Shown here: positions 18,275 through 26,948 of the stretch, piece by piece
Layout: each line of letters opens with the position of its first letter
How positions within the stretch are numbered: the stretch's first letter is position 1
From: Escherichia phage EP75
DNA: 64,000 bases
Sequence record: MG748547
Strand: one strand, 5' to 3'
Translations under genes and position numbers: made by a program
Notes under the pieces: model-generated
What the model was told of the DNA's origin: nothing
Database searches by the model: none
What the model saw: the letters and a program-made list of their open reading frames with translations, nothing else

Positions 18275-19078
18275 TTAAATGAAAATTTCAGTGACACTGT
18301 TAAATTTGACTTCGTGTTCTTTCCCACACGAAGGACATTTAATTTTCGTCGCGTAACGGATACGAGGAATCTTTTTAAAGAAATCGTCGGATATATCTTG
18401 AACAATCTCAGATTCAATATTTTCCCCCACCCATTTAATGAATTCATCCTTGACACGTTGACGTTCTTTAGCAACATCGGGAGATATGCCAGGCTCTGCT
18501 GGATTCTCTACTTTCCAAACCTGACCATCATCGTCATACAAACAATCAATAAAGGTCGCGATCATTTGCTCCACAGATGATGCTTCGTTGAGCACTGAGG
18601 CGTCCGAGAAGGACGGTTGACGCATCTTGATGTGATAGCCACCAGGGAGGTCAAATGTTTCCCTGAAGCCTTCTGGGGACACGCATTTCACTTGGTTGAG
18701 GGGGATCGGTAAAACAAGTTCTTGACCGCATTCTTTAAGGCCAGAAACTGGTTCTTCGCCTTCATCTGTGGCAGCTGGAACTTTGTTGTTGCATTTGTAA
18801 CGTATCTTCATGATCTCACCGATAGATATACAGCGCATCTTTAAAAATACTTCTTCAGTAACACCGATCGGCAGTTTACTAAAGGGAACCCCAGCGTCAA
18901 CACAACTATCAAATAGTTGCTCCAGCGTCGCCACACGTTCACTCATAGGAGTGTTCGGATCAGCAACCTGAAGTAACATGGTCTGTTGCCCTGCTGTGAA
19001 GGCGCGGTATTTGATCACAGTCGGCCAGAAATCACTTTTATGTGTTCTCTCAGTTTTGGGCAATGATGGTAAATTCAT
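18275..19078 (-). CDS. late-expressed protein with C-terminal zinc ribbon, possible baseplate component
   Basis: 267 aa; CPSCGKEH near C-terminus; GGAG RBS; TATAAATA late-type promoter ~30 nt upstream. Confidence 0.45.
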   Translation of the reverse strand: MNLPSLPKTERTHKSDFWPTVIKYRAFTAGQQTMLLQVADPNTPMSERVATLEQLFDSCVDAGVPFSKLPIGVTEEVFLKMRCISIGEIMKIRYKCNNKVPAATDEGEEPVSGLKECGQELVLPIPLNQVKCVSPEGFRETFDLPGGYHIKMRQPSFSDASVLNEASSVEQMIATFIDCLYDDDGQVWKVENPAEPGISPDVAKERQRVKDEFIKWVGENIESEIVQDISDDFFKKIPRIRYATKIKCPSCGKEHEVKFNSVTEIFI

Positions 19079-19106
19079 AATGTATCTCCACGGTATATTG
19101 TAATTG

Positions 19107-19114
19107 TATTTATA
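19107..19114 (-). promoter_or_regulatory. late promoter (TATAAATA)
   Basis: Exact TATAAATA on the minus strand 29 nt upstream of the ATG at 19078. Confidence 0.5.
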
Positions 19115-19127
19115 ACGAGGACTGAAA

Positions 19128-19652
19128 ATGCACGCGTTCTGTTTCAGTAAAGTGGGGGAGCAACTCGCAATTAATTATCCGGATGCAAACACGGACTTTT
19201 TTGTATTACTCACAGATTTTGCAAATAAATTGGGGATAAAGAATGTCGCCATGACCGTGTCCGATATGAAATTCGGGTGGCTGGGAGTTAAAGATTTATT
19301 GAATTATGGTTTCAATGTGATTATCGTTGATCCAACGTACAGCCCAATTGAAGAGGATGATGTTATTCCGGTTTGGGTGCAACGAGATATTAACACCCTG
19401 GACAAACACTATCCGGATTGTATCATCATCGGTGAATTAATACCGTATTTTCATAAACGTCGTCGGCTTGAATCAATTAAAAGTTATTTTCAAGATAGCG
19501 ATGACGGATATAAAATGGATGTCCTTACGAGCGGTTGGGTTGTGAAGAATACCACAGGCAACGCCGACCGAATTACTTCTCGTCTTTATGAATATGTTAA
19601 AGAACGGGATTATGAACTGGAGAACAATAATGCCAAACGTAGAACGCGCTGA
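19128..19652 (+). CDS. hypothetical protein
   Basis: 174-aa ORF, first gene of a plus-strand block. Confidence 0.4.
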   Translation: MHAFCFSKVGEQLAINYPDANTDFFVLLTDFANKLGIKNVAMTVSDMKFGWLGVKDLLNYGFNVIIVDPTYSPIEEDDVIPVWVQRDINTLDKHYPDCIIIGELIPYFHKRRRLESIKSYFQDSDDGYKMDVLTSGWVVKNTTGNADRITSRLYEYVKERDYELENNNAKRRTR

Positions 19653-20115
19653 TATCCAGCAAGTACAAAAAGTTATCCTTCAACGCCTCCGTGCTGTTAT
19701 CACAAATGAAAAGGGAGAAATTGCGCCAGGGTTTGAAGGCGCATTCGACGGTTTCGTTGCCGATGATCAGGGGAACCCCGTTGTACAAACGATCGCTGGC
19801 ATGATTATGCTGAATAGCGAATTTATGGCTGATGGTAAAATCCATTATTCTCCCAATCTCAGTGTTGACGGAGAATCTTTGGCTTCCGAAGTGGTTGATT
19901 TAACGGTTGCCGTTGGTGAGTTGGGTTATGTTTTGATGGTTTGCACCGCGCATTATGTGGACGCCAACGGCCATGTGTCGTATGGTGATGAGGCGCGAGG
20001 GATCAAACGTCATGTGGACACTTCTGCATTACTGCAACAGATACGTCAGATGCAAGAAGAAATGGACTCCAAACCTCGCCTGATTTTACCGGAAAGCAAA
20101 ATCGTCACCAGATAA
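19630..20115 (+). CDS. hypothetical protein
   Basis: Internal ATG at 19630 (MPNVERADIQ...) avoids a long overlap with the upstream gene. Confidence 0.4.
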   Translation: MPNVERADIQQVQKVILQRLRAVITNEKGEIAPGFEGAFDGFVADDQGNPVVQTIAGMIMLNSEFMADGKIHYSPNLSVDGESLASEVVDLTVAVGELGYVLMVCTAHYVDANGHVSYGDEARGIKRHVDTSALLQQIRQMQEEMDSKPRLILPESKIVTR

Positions 20116-20152
20116 TCCGGTCTAAATACCCATAACACAATGAAACTTCGTT

Positions 20153-20764
20153 ATGGGTATTTTTATGAAATTTTGCGGAATCGACTATTCTTACGGCTGT
20201 CCAGCCATGTGCTTCTGGGACGACAAAGATCCTCTGGATTTTGATCATCTTCATTTCTATGCACATCATACCGTTGAGAAGCACTGTCGTCAAGTGCGAC
20301 ACAATATTCTTATTTTACGTCAACCCAAATATGAATCCCCCGAAGAACGGTTTTATAACATTTCCAAATGGGCTGAAGCCGTACTTCTTACAGAGAAGCC
20401 GGATTTCATCACCCTAGAAGGCTATGCTATGGGGAATTCAAAAAACTCCAACAACATATGCCAAACCGCCGAGAACACATCTCTATTGAAACAAGCGATG
20501 CGCCGTAACAATATGGAATTTCAGATTGTTACCCCGTCTTTTGTTAAGAAACATTTTTGTGGTAAAGGAAATGCCGACAAATTGGTCATGATAGATCACT
20601 TTGAGAAGCTGTTCAACGTTAAGATGCGTGGTATAATGGACATGTTGGACGTGAAGGATCCAAAGCCTATCGATGATCTTGTAGACTCATTCGCAAACAT
20701 GGTGTCTGGACCTTACTTCATAGAAAATTATCCCGATTTCAATAGAGGTGTAAGAAATGATTAA
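20153..20764 (+). CDS. RuvC-like Holliday junction resolvase (putative)
   Basis: FCGIDYSYG (RuvC motif I-like), ITLEGYAMG (catalytic Glu region), DDLVDSFANMV (D-x-x-D-A/S motif); start may be ATG 20165. Confidence 0.45.
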   Translation: MGIFMKFCGIDYSYGCPAMCFWDDKDPLDFDHLHFYAHHTVEKHCRQVRHNILILRQPKYESPEERFYNISKWAEAVLLTEKPDFITLEGYAMGNSKNSNNICQTAENTSLLKQAMRRNNMEFQIVTPSFVKKHFCGKGNADKLVMIDHFEKLFNVKMRGIMDMLDVKDPKPIDDLVDSFANMVSGPYFIENYPDFNRGVRND

Positions 20765-21053
20765 TTACTGGCTGTTGGCAGACATACTGCTTTTCGCCTT
20801 GCTGTTGATAACGGCATTTATTTGGGTTAAGGGATTCTTGACATTCCTTCATTCATTAAGTGCCATGGTATCTTTCTATGCGGTTTCGCCACATAGTGAC
20901 GTCAATGTAAGAGCTGCAAATCAATCTGATATGTTGGCCGAATATGTTTTGCTGCGTGACAAAGCAATCAGGATTGTCCTGTTTTCTACGCTGGTGGGAG
21001 CAGTTATTATATTTCTGCGACACGTATTGGAGGCGATTCATGCCGTTTTATGA
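20757..21053 (+). CDS. small membrane protein
   Basis: 98 aa with two or three hydrophobic helices. Confidence 0.4.
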   Translation: MINYWLLADILLFALLLITAFIWVKGFLTFLHSLSAMVSFYAVSPHSDVNVRAANQSDMLAEYVLLRDKAIRIVLFSTLVGAVIIFLRHVLEAIHAVL

Positions 21054-21285
21054 TTATGCCTGTACAGGTTGTGGAAATTCGTTTAGTGCTCGAAAATCTT
21101 GTGCTGAACGTCATACACCTGAATTAGAGCCATGTTCTGAATGTGGCGGTGAAATAAAAATGATTATTGGAGCACCAAAGATCGTATCTGGTGTTCGTGG
21201 TCCTCAGTCCGCGCCTGATGGCTTCAAAGACGTTTTGCGTCATATTAAGAAGCAATCAGGGAAGGGGAATACAATCGATGTCTGA
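21040..21285 (+). CDS. zinc-ribbon protein (FmdB-like CxxC...CxxC)
   Basis: MPFYDYACTGCG ... CSECGG; GGAGG RBS before the ATG at 21040. Confidence 0.45.
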   Translation: MPFYDYACTGCGNSFSARKSCAERHTPELEPCSECGGEIKMIIGAPKIVSGVRGPQSAPDGFKDVLRHIKKQSGKGNTIDV

Positions 21286-21520
21286 TCAACAAATAGCACA
21301 AGTGCTCACACCAGATTCTTTTTCCGAATTGGTGTTGATGAGAGCAAGCCAACGCAAGGAATCAATCCTTGAAACGATGGCCAGTGTTTGTGAAGAGTAT
21401 GACATCGAAGAAGCAAAGGTCAAAAAATTGATCACGCCTCCTCTTCTGTCAAGGCTAACAGCTGAATGTTCTGATGCTCGGTTGTTGAAGGGTGAATTGA
21501 AATCTAAAAAACTCATTTAA
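21278..21520 (+). CDS. hypothetical protein
   Basis: 80-aa ORF from ATG 21278. Confidence 0.35.
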   Translation: MSDQQIAQVLTPDSFSELVLMRASQRKESILETMASVCEEYDIEEAKVKKLITPPLLSRLTAECSDARLLKGELKSKKLI

Positions 21521-21529
21521 GGTTGTAAC

Positions 21530-21769
21530 ATGAGCAAAGAGCAAATCTATAAAATGTTGAAGGCGCAAGAGTATCTGCCAGGTTCTATCCGCTGGCGGCA
21601 CGGTAGCCTCAATGAACATGCTGATGATATGGATCGTGTACGTTACACGACGCCGGAAGGTAAATCCTATGTCATCGAATACCATACATTCTTGGAAGGG
21701 CACAAAACCTTCTCAGATGTGTACGATATTATTGAAATAGACCCAGCAAAACAAATGATTGCGGGTTAA
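21530..21769 (+). CDS. hypothetical protein
   Basis: 79-aa ORF. Confidence 0.35.
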   Translation: MSKEQIYKMLKAQEYLPGSIRWRHGSLNEHADDMDRVRYTTPEGKSYVIEYHTFLEGHKTFSDVYDIIEIDPAKQMIAG

Positions 21770-21793
21770 CTCAATAGCAAAACGCAGTATAAT
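21765..21793 (+). promoter_or_regulatory. candidate promoter upstream of the SSB gene (GTTAAC -35, TATAAT -10)
   Basis: tataat at 21788-21793 with a -35-like hexamer 17 nt upstream; ~70 nt before the gene 32-like ATG. Confidence 0.3.
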
Positions 21794-21865
21794 TACACCG
21801 TCGGAATAATTGACAAATACATTTACAGAATAGCCCGAAGGGGCGGATTATAGAGGAATATTAAA

Positions 21866-22897
21866 ATGGGTAATTTATTTGATCGTCTTAAACAATCTCG
21901 TGGCCAACAAGCCGAAGCTATGCAACAGCGACTCGCTCAGCAAGGCCAGCGTGTTGGTGGCGGTCGTGACCCACGCATCTGGAAGTGGACCTGGAATGAC
22001 AAGGGTACTTCTGAAAACATCATTCGTTTCCTGCCGATCCCTTTGGTGGACATGAAGGCTCAAGAAGAAGGCACCATCCCTGAAGATGCTGTGTTAACTC
22101 CGTGTGCCATGATCATGAAACACGCATTCCAGGGCGCTGGTGGTTGGTATATCGAAAACTCTCCACAGACTTTCGGTAACGATGATCCTGTTCGTGACCA
22201 TGACCGTCCTCTGTGGGCACAACAGAAAGAAACGAATGATGAAAAGCTGAAAACAGTTCTCAAAAAACGTCTGCCGGACACCAAATACTACGCCAACATC
22301 CTGGTGATCAAAGATGGCAACAATCCGGAAAACAACGGCAAGGTCTTCTTGCTTGAGTTCGGTAATGCCGTCAAGAAAATCCTGGATTCGGCTCAGAATC
22401 CTAAGTTCTCAACTGACCCTAAATTCGACCCGTTCGATATGTGGGAAGGCGCGAACCTGATTCTGAACCTCTTTGGCGAAGAGAAAGAGTTCGGCAACTG
22501 GAAAGGTCTGGTGGCCAACTTCACCAATGTGAAGTGGGATACTCCGGCACCTTTGGGGACAGACGAATACATTGAAGAGATCTGGGAAAAAGAGCACAGC
22601 TTGTTTGAGTTCTTTAATCCGGCCAACTTCAAATCGTACGAAGATCTGGAAAAACGTTTGCGCAAAGTTCTGGCCATCCCTGATAATCAGCCTCTGGTTG
22701 AAGGTGGTGCTTCTACTATGGCGCATGCGCCTACCCAGTCTCAGGAACCCCAGCGCCCAACAGCGCAGGAAAGTCTGAACCAACAACAATCTCAGCCTTC
22801 TAATGCACAGCAATCTGTTCCAGCCAATAATGGTGGTGCCGATGCGAAACAGACGGCTTCCATTGATGAGTTCGAGCAGTTCCTGAAGCAAGACTAA
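21866..22897 (+). CDS. 32: single-stranded DNA-binding protein (T4 gp32-like)
   Basis: IRFLP, WYIE, YYANILVIKD...PENNGKVF, WEGANL segments resemble T4 gp32 as recalled; acidic C-terminus; optimised codon usage. Confidence 0.75.
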   Translation: MGNLFDRLKQSRGQQAEAMQQRLAQQGQRVGGGRDPRIWKWTWNDKGTSENIIRFLPIPLVDMKAQEEGTIPEDAVLTPCAMIMKHAFQGAGGWYIENSPQTFGNDDPVRDHDRPLWAQQKETNDEKLKTVLKKRLPDTKYYANILVIKDGNNPENNGKVFLLEFGNAVKKILDSAQNPKFSTDPKFDPFDMWEGANLILNLFGEEKEFGNWKGLVANFTNVKWDTPAPLGTDEYIEEIWEKEHSLFEFFNPANFKSYEDLEKRLRKVLAIPDNQPLVEGGASTMAHAPTQSQEPQRPTAQESLNQQQSQPSNAQQSVPANNGGADAKQTASIDEFEQFLKQD

Positions 22898-22906
22898 TTT
22901 CGCTAA

Positions 22907-22933
22907 AGCCCCTTCGGGGGCTTTTTAGTTTTT
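22907..22933 (+). terminator. intrinsic terminator, shared by convergent genes
   Basis: agcccc-ttcg-ggggct hairpin followed by ttttagttttt; overlaps the 3' end of the convergent minus-strand gene. Confidence 0.6.
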
Positions 22934-23869
22934 GACAACATCCTGCAACAATCCGAGTAAACTACTCTTCTCAGACGCCGTCAGGTTATCATTGCCTAAT
23001 ATATCCCTCTGGATGCCGATAGAGATCCTTTCGAAATCAGCCAGGCTGATACCAGCCAGATTGTTTACAAGCTGATCGAGTTGCTTATAAGCCAGCAGGG
23101 CTTCACCTGTGAAGTTTCCTTCTTTGATCTTTTTATACAGCTGTCCGGCTTTTGACGCAGCGGTTTCCCAGTCTCCGGAAGCAAGAGCATCAGTAATACC
23201 CAAAGGAAGAAAATCGCTGGCGAGGCTGCGCGTTTCATATTCAGTCTCCGATAATACTTTGTTATAAGAAAAGGAAATGTTGTACTGATTAAATTGATCG
23301 GCGGCGCTTTTATCCAGGTCTATAGAACTGAAGTTGATGGGGTGAGCCTCAGTCACATAAACGCGATGAACAACCTGATCTTCTGTATCCATTTGTTCTA
23401 TACAAATATCGGTCACGAAATCTTCATAATAACCCATCTTGGTTGTGTATGGGTCGAATATCAGATTCTTCCATTTGTCCATGACCGACTTTTCATAATA
23501 ATCGTTGGCGAGGAGGAACGACAACTCCAGATCAATGTTCGTCTTGTTGTTCGGCATTTTAATGTGGTTGCCGTTGTTGGTCATGGGAGTAGTGTCAATC
23601 CCTGTACCAGGTAAAGATGCGACCATACACATCATTTGCAGGGAACGAGATGTTTGGTTTGTCCCTCCAAAGAATGCGTTTACAATACGGGCGCTTTGTT
23701 TGAACAGATCCCCAAATGATGAAGATGAAGGATACGCGTTCCCATCATTTGCTAGTGTTGCATTGGAATCAAATATCCCAGGCGGCAACGGAATTGTAAC
23801 ACGAAATCTGTTCTTGCGGGAAATACCCCGTTGAAGCAGTTGCGTTAGAAAATTGCGATAGTCTTCCAC
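22925..23869 (-). CDS. late-expressed hypothetical protein (probable virion component)
   Basis: Start reassigned to GTG 23869 (GGAG RBS 8 nt upstream, TATAAATA at 23904-23911); the longer ATG-24064 form would overlap the plus gene by 140 nt. Confidence 0.45.
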   Translation of the reverse strand: MEDYRNFLTQLLQRGISRKNRFRVTIPLPPGIFDSNATLANDGNAYPSSSSFGDLFKQSARIVNAFFGGTNQTSRSLQMMCMVASLPGTGIDTTPMTNNGNHIKMPNNKTNIDLELSFLLANDYYEKSVMDKWKNLIFDPYTTKMGYYEDFVTDICIEQMDTEDQVVHRVYVTEAHPINFSSIDLDKSAADQFNQYNISFSYNKVLSETEYETRSLASDFLPLGITDALASGDWETAASKAGQLYKKIKEGNFTGEALLAYKQLDQLVNNLAGISLADFERISIGIQRDILGNDNLTASEKSSLLGLLQDVVKN

Positions 23870-23903
23870 GATGAGGACTCCATTTAAATAATATATCTGT
23901 TGA

Positions 23904-23911
23904 TATTTATA
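23904..23911 (-). promoter_or_regulatory. late promoter (TATAAATA)
   Basis: Exact TATAAATA on the minus strand 35 nt upstream of the GTG at 23869. Confidence 0.45.
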
Positions 23912-23923
23912 AGGAGTTGACAA

Positions 23924-24628
23924 ATGGCTAAGAACGCTATGGGTGAAGAAGACCCGTTGTTGCTTCCCGCCGAGATGGACGCCCCAGAACTGGTCAAGCG
24001 TTACATCCGCAAATATCGTCAACATTTTGGGCCGGAAGCGAAGCGTAATATCCGTCGTTCTCATGTGTGGTTTATGGAGCGCGTGTCGAAAGATGCTAAC
24101 TTATCTCCGAATCACATGATGAAAGCATTCGCTGAAAATAAACGTCCTGTTCAGGGTGTGCGTTATATTGTTGGTCGCATGTATTATTTCAAATATGATG
24201 CGCTGACTAAAGATGAACTCCCGTATTGGGATATGTATCCTCTGGTGTTCTTCTTCAATTTTGTGAAGGGGGATGGAGTGAAATTCGGTGAACGTGGTGT
24301 AACCTATCTTTATGGCCTAAACCTCCATTATTTACCGCCTAAACTCAGATTGTTGGTATTTGAAGATCTCATTAAATTGAGAAATGAACGGGCATATCGT
24401 TCTAAAACACGTTTGAGACTTACCTGGGATGCGCTAAAGCGGTTTGCGAATCACCCTTTGTACAATCATTGTGTCAAATTATACCGCGCAGATCAATTTC
24501 GTTCACAACTTTATGAAATTGAACCGCAATATTGGGAGGTCGTTTTGTTTATGCGTACTGCTCGATTCCAGAAACAGAGTCAGATGTCTGTTTGGAAGGA
24601 CGCACGTCGTAAACACAAAAATGGTTAG
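23924..24628 (+). CDS. hypothetical protein
   Basis: 234 aa; strong AAGGAG RBS 7 nt before the ATG. Confidence 0.55.
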   Translation: MAKNAMGEEDPLLLPAEMDAPELVKRYIRKYRQHFGPEAKRNIRRSHVWFMERVSKDANLSPNHMMKAFAENKRPVQGVRYIVGRMYYFKYDALTKDELPYWDMYPLVFFFNFVKGDGVKFGERGVTYLYGLNLHYLPPKLRLLVFEDLIKLRNERAYRSKTRLRLTWDALKRFANHPLYNHCVKLYRADQFRSQLYEIEPQYWEVVLFMRTARFQKQSQMSVWKDARRKHKNG

Positions 24629-24633
24629 TTCTA

Positions 24634-24668
24634 AAAGCCGTTCTACGTGATAATTCGCGAACGGCTTT
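24634..24668 (+). terminator. hairpin, possible terminator
   Basis: aaagccgttc / gaacggcttt 10-bp stem with 15-nt loop; weak U-tract. Confidence 0.3.
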
Positions 24669-24689
24669 CTATAAACATGAGGTTATGAT

Positions 24690-25436
24690 ATGTCACAGCT
24701 ACATCGTATTTTTGGTATTGAATTCAGTTCTAATTGCGTTCGATATGATCGCACCCATAAAGATTCGGGTGGTAAAACCGGATATGAACTCGGTAGCCAG
24801 TTGGGATATTCCAAGGAACAATTGTTTAATCAGCACAGGCTGAATGAAACGGATCTTCTTAAGGTTATGGGTATTGAACTTGATTCCGAAGCCAGCTTGG
24901 ATCTGGGCGACGAAATTCGTTTTGGCAAACCAGAAGCATTGGAATTCATTGAAGACTTCGTTTCTGGTTATACCCAAGCCGCTACGAACCGCCGCGCTGC
25001 TAATGATGCAGTGGGTAAATTCTACTTTGCGGCGAAATATCTTGCCGACAAACGTATACAGATGGAAGCGGAATTCAGTAAAGAAAATCTGAAAGCGGTT
25101 TTCGGCGAAGAAGGCGATTTCCGTTTAATGCCAGAATCTGGCACTGATTCAGCTCGTGATTTCTTTGAAAAACCATTTGTGGTCAAAGGCTGTAAAATTC
25201 TTACCGACGAAGACCACGCTTTCGCAATCCATACTGAAGTCGTTTACAATGAAGAGAATTGCCTTGTTATTTCCAGATTGTTCAACAGTCTGTCATATAC
25301 AGCGTATTCTTTGATTGAACGTTGTATGGAAGAAGAGCATCGTCAGGTAGTGGTGAATAAAATTCGCTTACACGTTGAGCAGAATTTTAACGGGTTTGGT
25401 TGTGAATCCGGCGAAATCCCTAATTTCTATCTGTAG
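24690..25436 (+). CDS. hypothetical protein
   Basis: 248-aa ORF. Confidence 0.5.
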   Translation: MSQLHRIFGIEFSSNCVRYDRTHKDSGGKTGYELGSQLGYSKEQLFNQHRLNETDLLKVMGIELDSEASLDLGDEIRFGKPEALEFIEDFVSGYTQAATNRRAANDAVGKFYFAAKYLADKRIQMEAEFSKENLKAVFGEEGDFRLMPESGTDSARDFFEKPFVVKGCKILTDEDHAFAIHTEVVYNEENCLVISRLFNSLSYTAYSLIERCMEEEHRQVVVNKIRLHVEQNFNGFGCESGEIPNFYL

Positions 25437-25453
25437 CACAAGCAGGGGGCTGT

Positions 25454-25741
25454 ATGAAGAAATATGTTCGCCTGAACACGGTACTGGAATCTGTAATCGA
25501 ATATTTCATAATGCAGCACCTGAGAGCAGAAAATGAACACGTGAGCGACGCTCTGACTTATGATCACCGGATAGTGGTTCATTCCGTCGAAATAGTGGAT
25601 GACGAAATGTTGATTGCCAATGTTGAGCATGCCCTCTGGGATGAAGTGTTGGATCAGTATGTTCAACCGAAGTTCACACAGATCGAGTTATCTGCCATGT
25701 GGCCACCTGAAACAGTTTTCAATATTGATATACAAAGTTAA
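25454..25741 (+). CDS. hypothetical protein
   Basis: 95-aa ORF. Confidence 0.4.
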   Translation: MKKYVRLNTVLESVIEYFIMQHLRAENEHVSDALTYDHRIVVHSVEIVDDEMLIANVEHALWDEVLDQYVQPKFTQIELSAMWPPETVFNIDIQS

Positions 25742-25819
25742 TATTCACGTCAGTCCGCGCTATTCCAGCGTTCCGTTGTCTAACACAGAAGTGTTAACCA
25801 ACTTTTCAATAAAAAGTGG

Positions 25820-25847
25820 TTTACATCTTCTAAAAAGGCAGTATATT
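25820..25847 (+). promoter_or_regulatory. sigma70-type early promoter (TTTACA -35, 16-nt spacer, TATATT -10)
   Basis: -35 at 25820-25825 preceded by TTCAATAAAAA; -10 at 25842-25847. Confidence 0.4.
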
Positions 25848-25916
25848 AATGTTCCAGACGCACAGTTGAACATTAAAAACTGCCAAAGAAGGTTACTACA
25901 CAAAAGGGTTTTTATT

Positions 25917-26876
25917 ATGTCCTATATTCTTCATATCGAGTCCGGCCTGAAATTTGAAATTGATGGTAAAACCGCTGCTGATCTTCAAGCAGAAATCAAA
26001 GGTGCAGACCTTATCATCGGCAACGTCACGTTGCGTCGCATGATGGAAGGCGTCCTCCAGTCAGCCAACGGCTTTGAACTCATTGAAGGTCTGAGCCAGG
26101 AAGAGAAAGAAGAGACTCTCGAAGCTCTTGACCGCGCTGAAGCCGAAAAAGTTAAACCGACCGAAGATGCGGGGGTTAAACAGGGCGACGGTGAATCAAA
26201 TCCGGTGATTGACGCCGAAGAAACGGTTGAGCAACCTGTCGGTGATCAAAATTCCCAGACCGTTGAAGACGGTTCTCTTGAAGTCAACAAAGACGGCTCC
26301 ATTTCCCTGGTAGTTGAAGGCGAAGAAGTTCTTGACGAAGAAGCGCAAGCCCGTGCTGAAGAAGTTCGCCGTCGTATGCTGGGCACAACCGTTGCTGAAG
26401 CAATCGCCGACGTTGAAAATCCGAAGGATGATCAGGCTTTAGCGAACGCGAAGGCGGTTCTGGCCAAGAAATCTTCTGAAATGCGTCCTGCGTCTTCTAC
26501 TGAAGAACGCAAGCGTCGTCATAACAAACGTGAAGAAATGGTTGACGCTGCTCGTGCTTCTAACTATGGTCCAATCCTGGCGGCGGTTGAAGCAGGGGTT
26601 ACTCCTGGAGTATATTTGAGTTATGTGAACCCTGATATGCGCTGGTTCCAGTTCCCTGTTACAGAACTGGCGGATGAAGCCAATCCGCATGCCCGCACCA
26701 ATACGTATGTTGATCTGGCACCTATCGTTTCCGGCGGCTGGGGATTCAGCCTGTATGTGAACGGTAAGTCATTCACCAAGCGTCAGAAAATCAAAGAAAC
26801 TGACGCTGAGTCTCTGGTGAAGGCAATCAACGAATGGTTGCCTCAGGCGTTGGCTGAAGCGAAAGATGCTGCGTAA
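25917..26876 (+). CDS. acidic hypothetical protein
   Basis: ATG at 25917; Glu/Asp-rich central region; the track ORF from 25614 reads through the upstream intergenic region. Confidence 0.5.
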   Translation: MSYILHIESGLKFEIDGKTAADLQAEIKGADLIIGNVTLRRMMEGVLQSANGFELIEGLSQEEKEETLEALDRAEAEKVKPTEDAGVKQGDGESNPVIDAEETVEQPVGDQNSQTVEDGSLEVNKDGSISLVVEGEEVLDEEAQARAEEVRRRMLGTTVAEAIADVENPKDDQALANAKAVLAKKSSEMRPASSTEERKRRHNKREEMVDAARASNYGPILAAVEAGVTPGVYLSYVNPDMRWFQFPVTELADEANPHARTNTYVDLAPIVSGGWGFSLYVNGKSFTKRQKIKETDAESLVKAINEWLPQALAEAKDAA

Positions 26877-26905
26877 TTTAACTCAGAAGCATTCAATAGA
26901 TGAAG

Positions 26906-26938
26906 GGGCTGCTATAATAGCAGCTCCTTTTGTTTATT
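26906..26938 (+). terminator. intrinsic terminator
   Basis: gctgctat-aat-agcagc palindrome followed by ttttgtttatt. Confidence 0.5.
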
Positions 26939-26948
26939 GGAGCACACC

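Noticed and set aside
18155-18580. 141-aa plus-strand ORF
   Set aside because: No RBS, overlaps the minus-strand late gene, and lies in a region better explained as regulatory noncoding DNA.
21810-21815. Perfect TTGACA hexamer upstream of the SSB gene
   Set aside because: No TATAAT-like -10 at 16-18 nt spacing, so not called as a promoter.
22409-22891. 160-aa minus-strand ORF
   Set aside because: Antisense to the gp32-like gene, whose motifs and codon bias clearly define the coding strand.
23870-24064. N-terminal extension of the minus-strand late gene to the ATG at 24064
   Set aside because: Would overlap the plus-strand gene at 23924 by 140 nt and place the TATAAATA box inside the coding region; the GTG at 23869 with GGAG RBS fits better.
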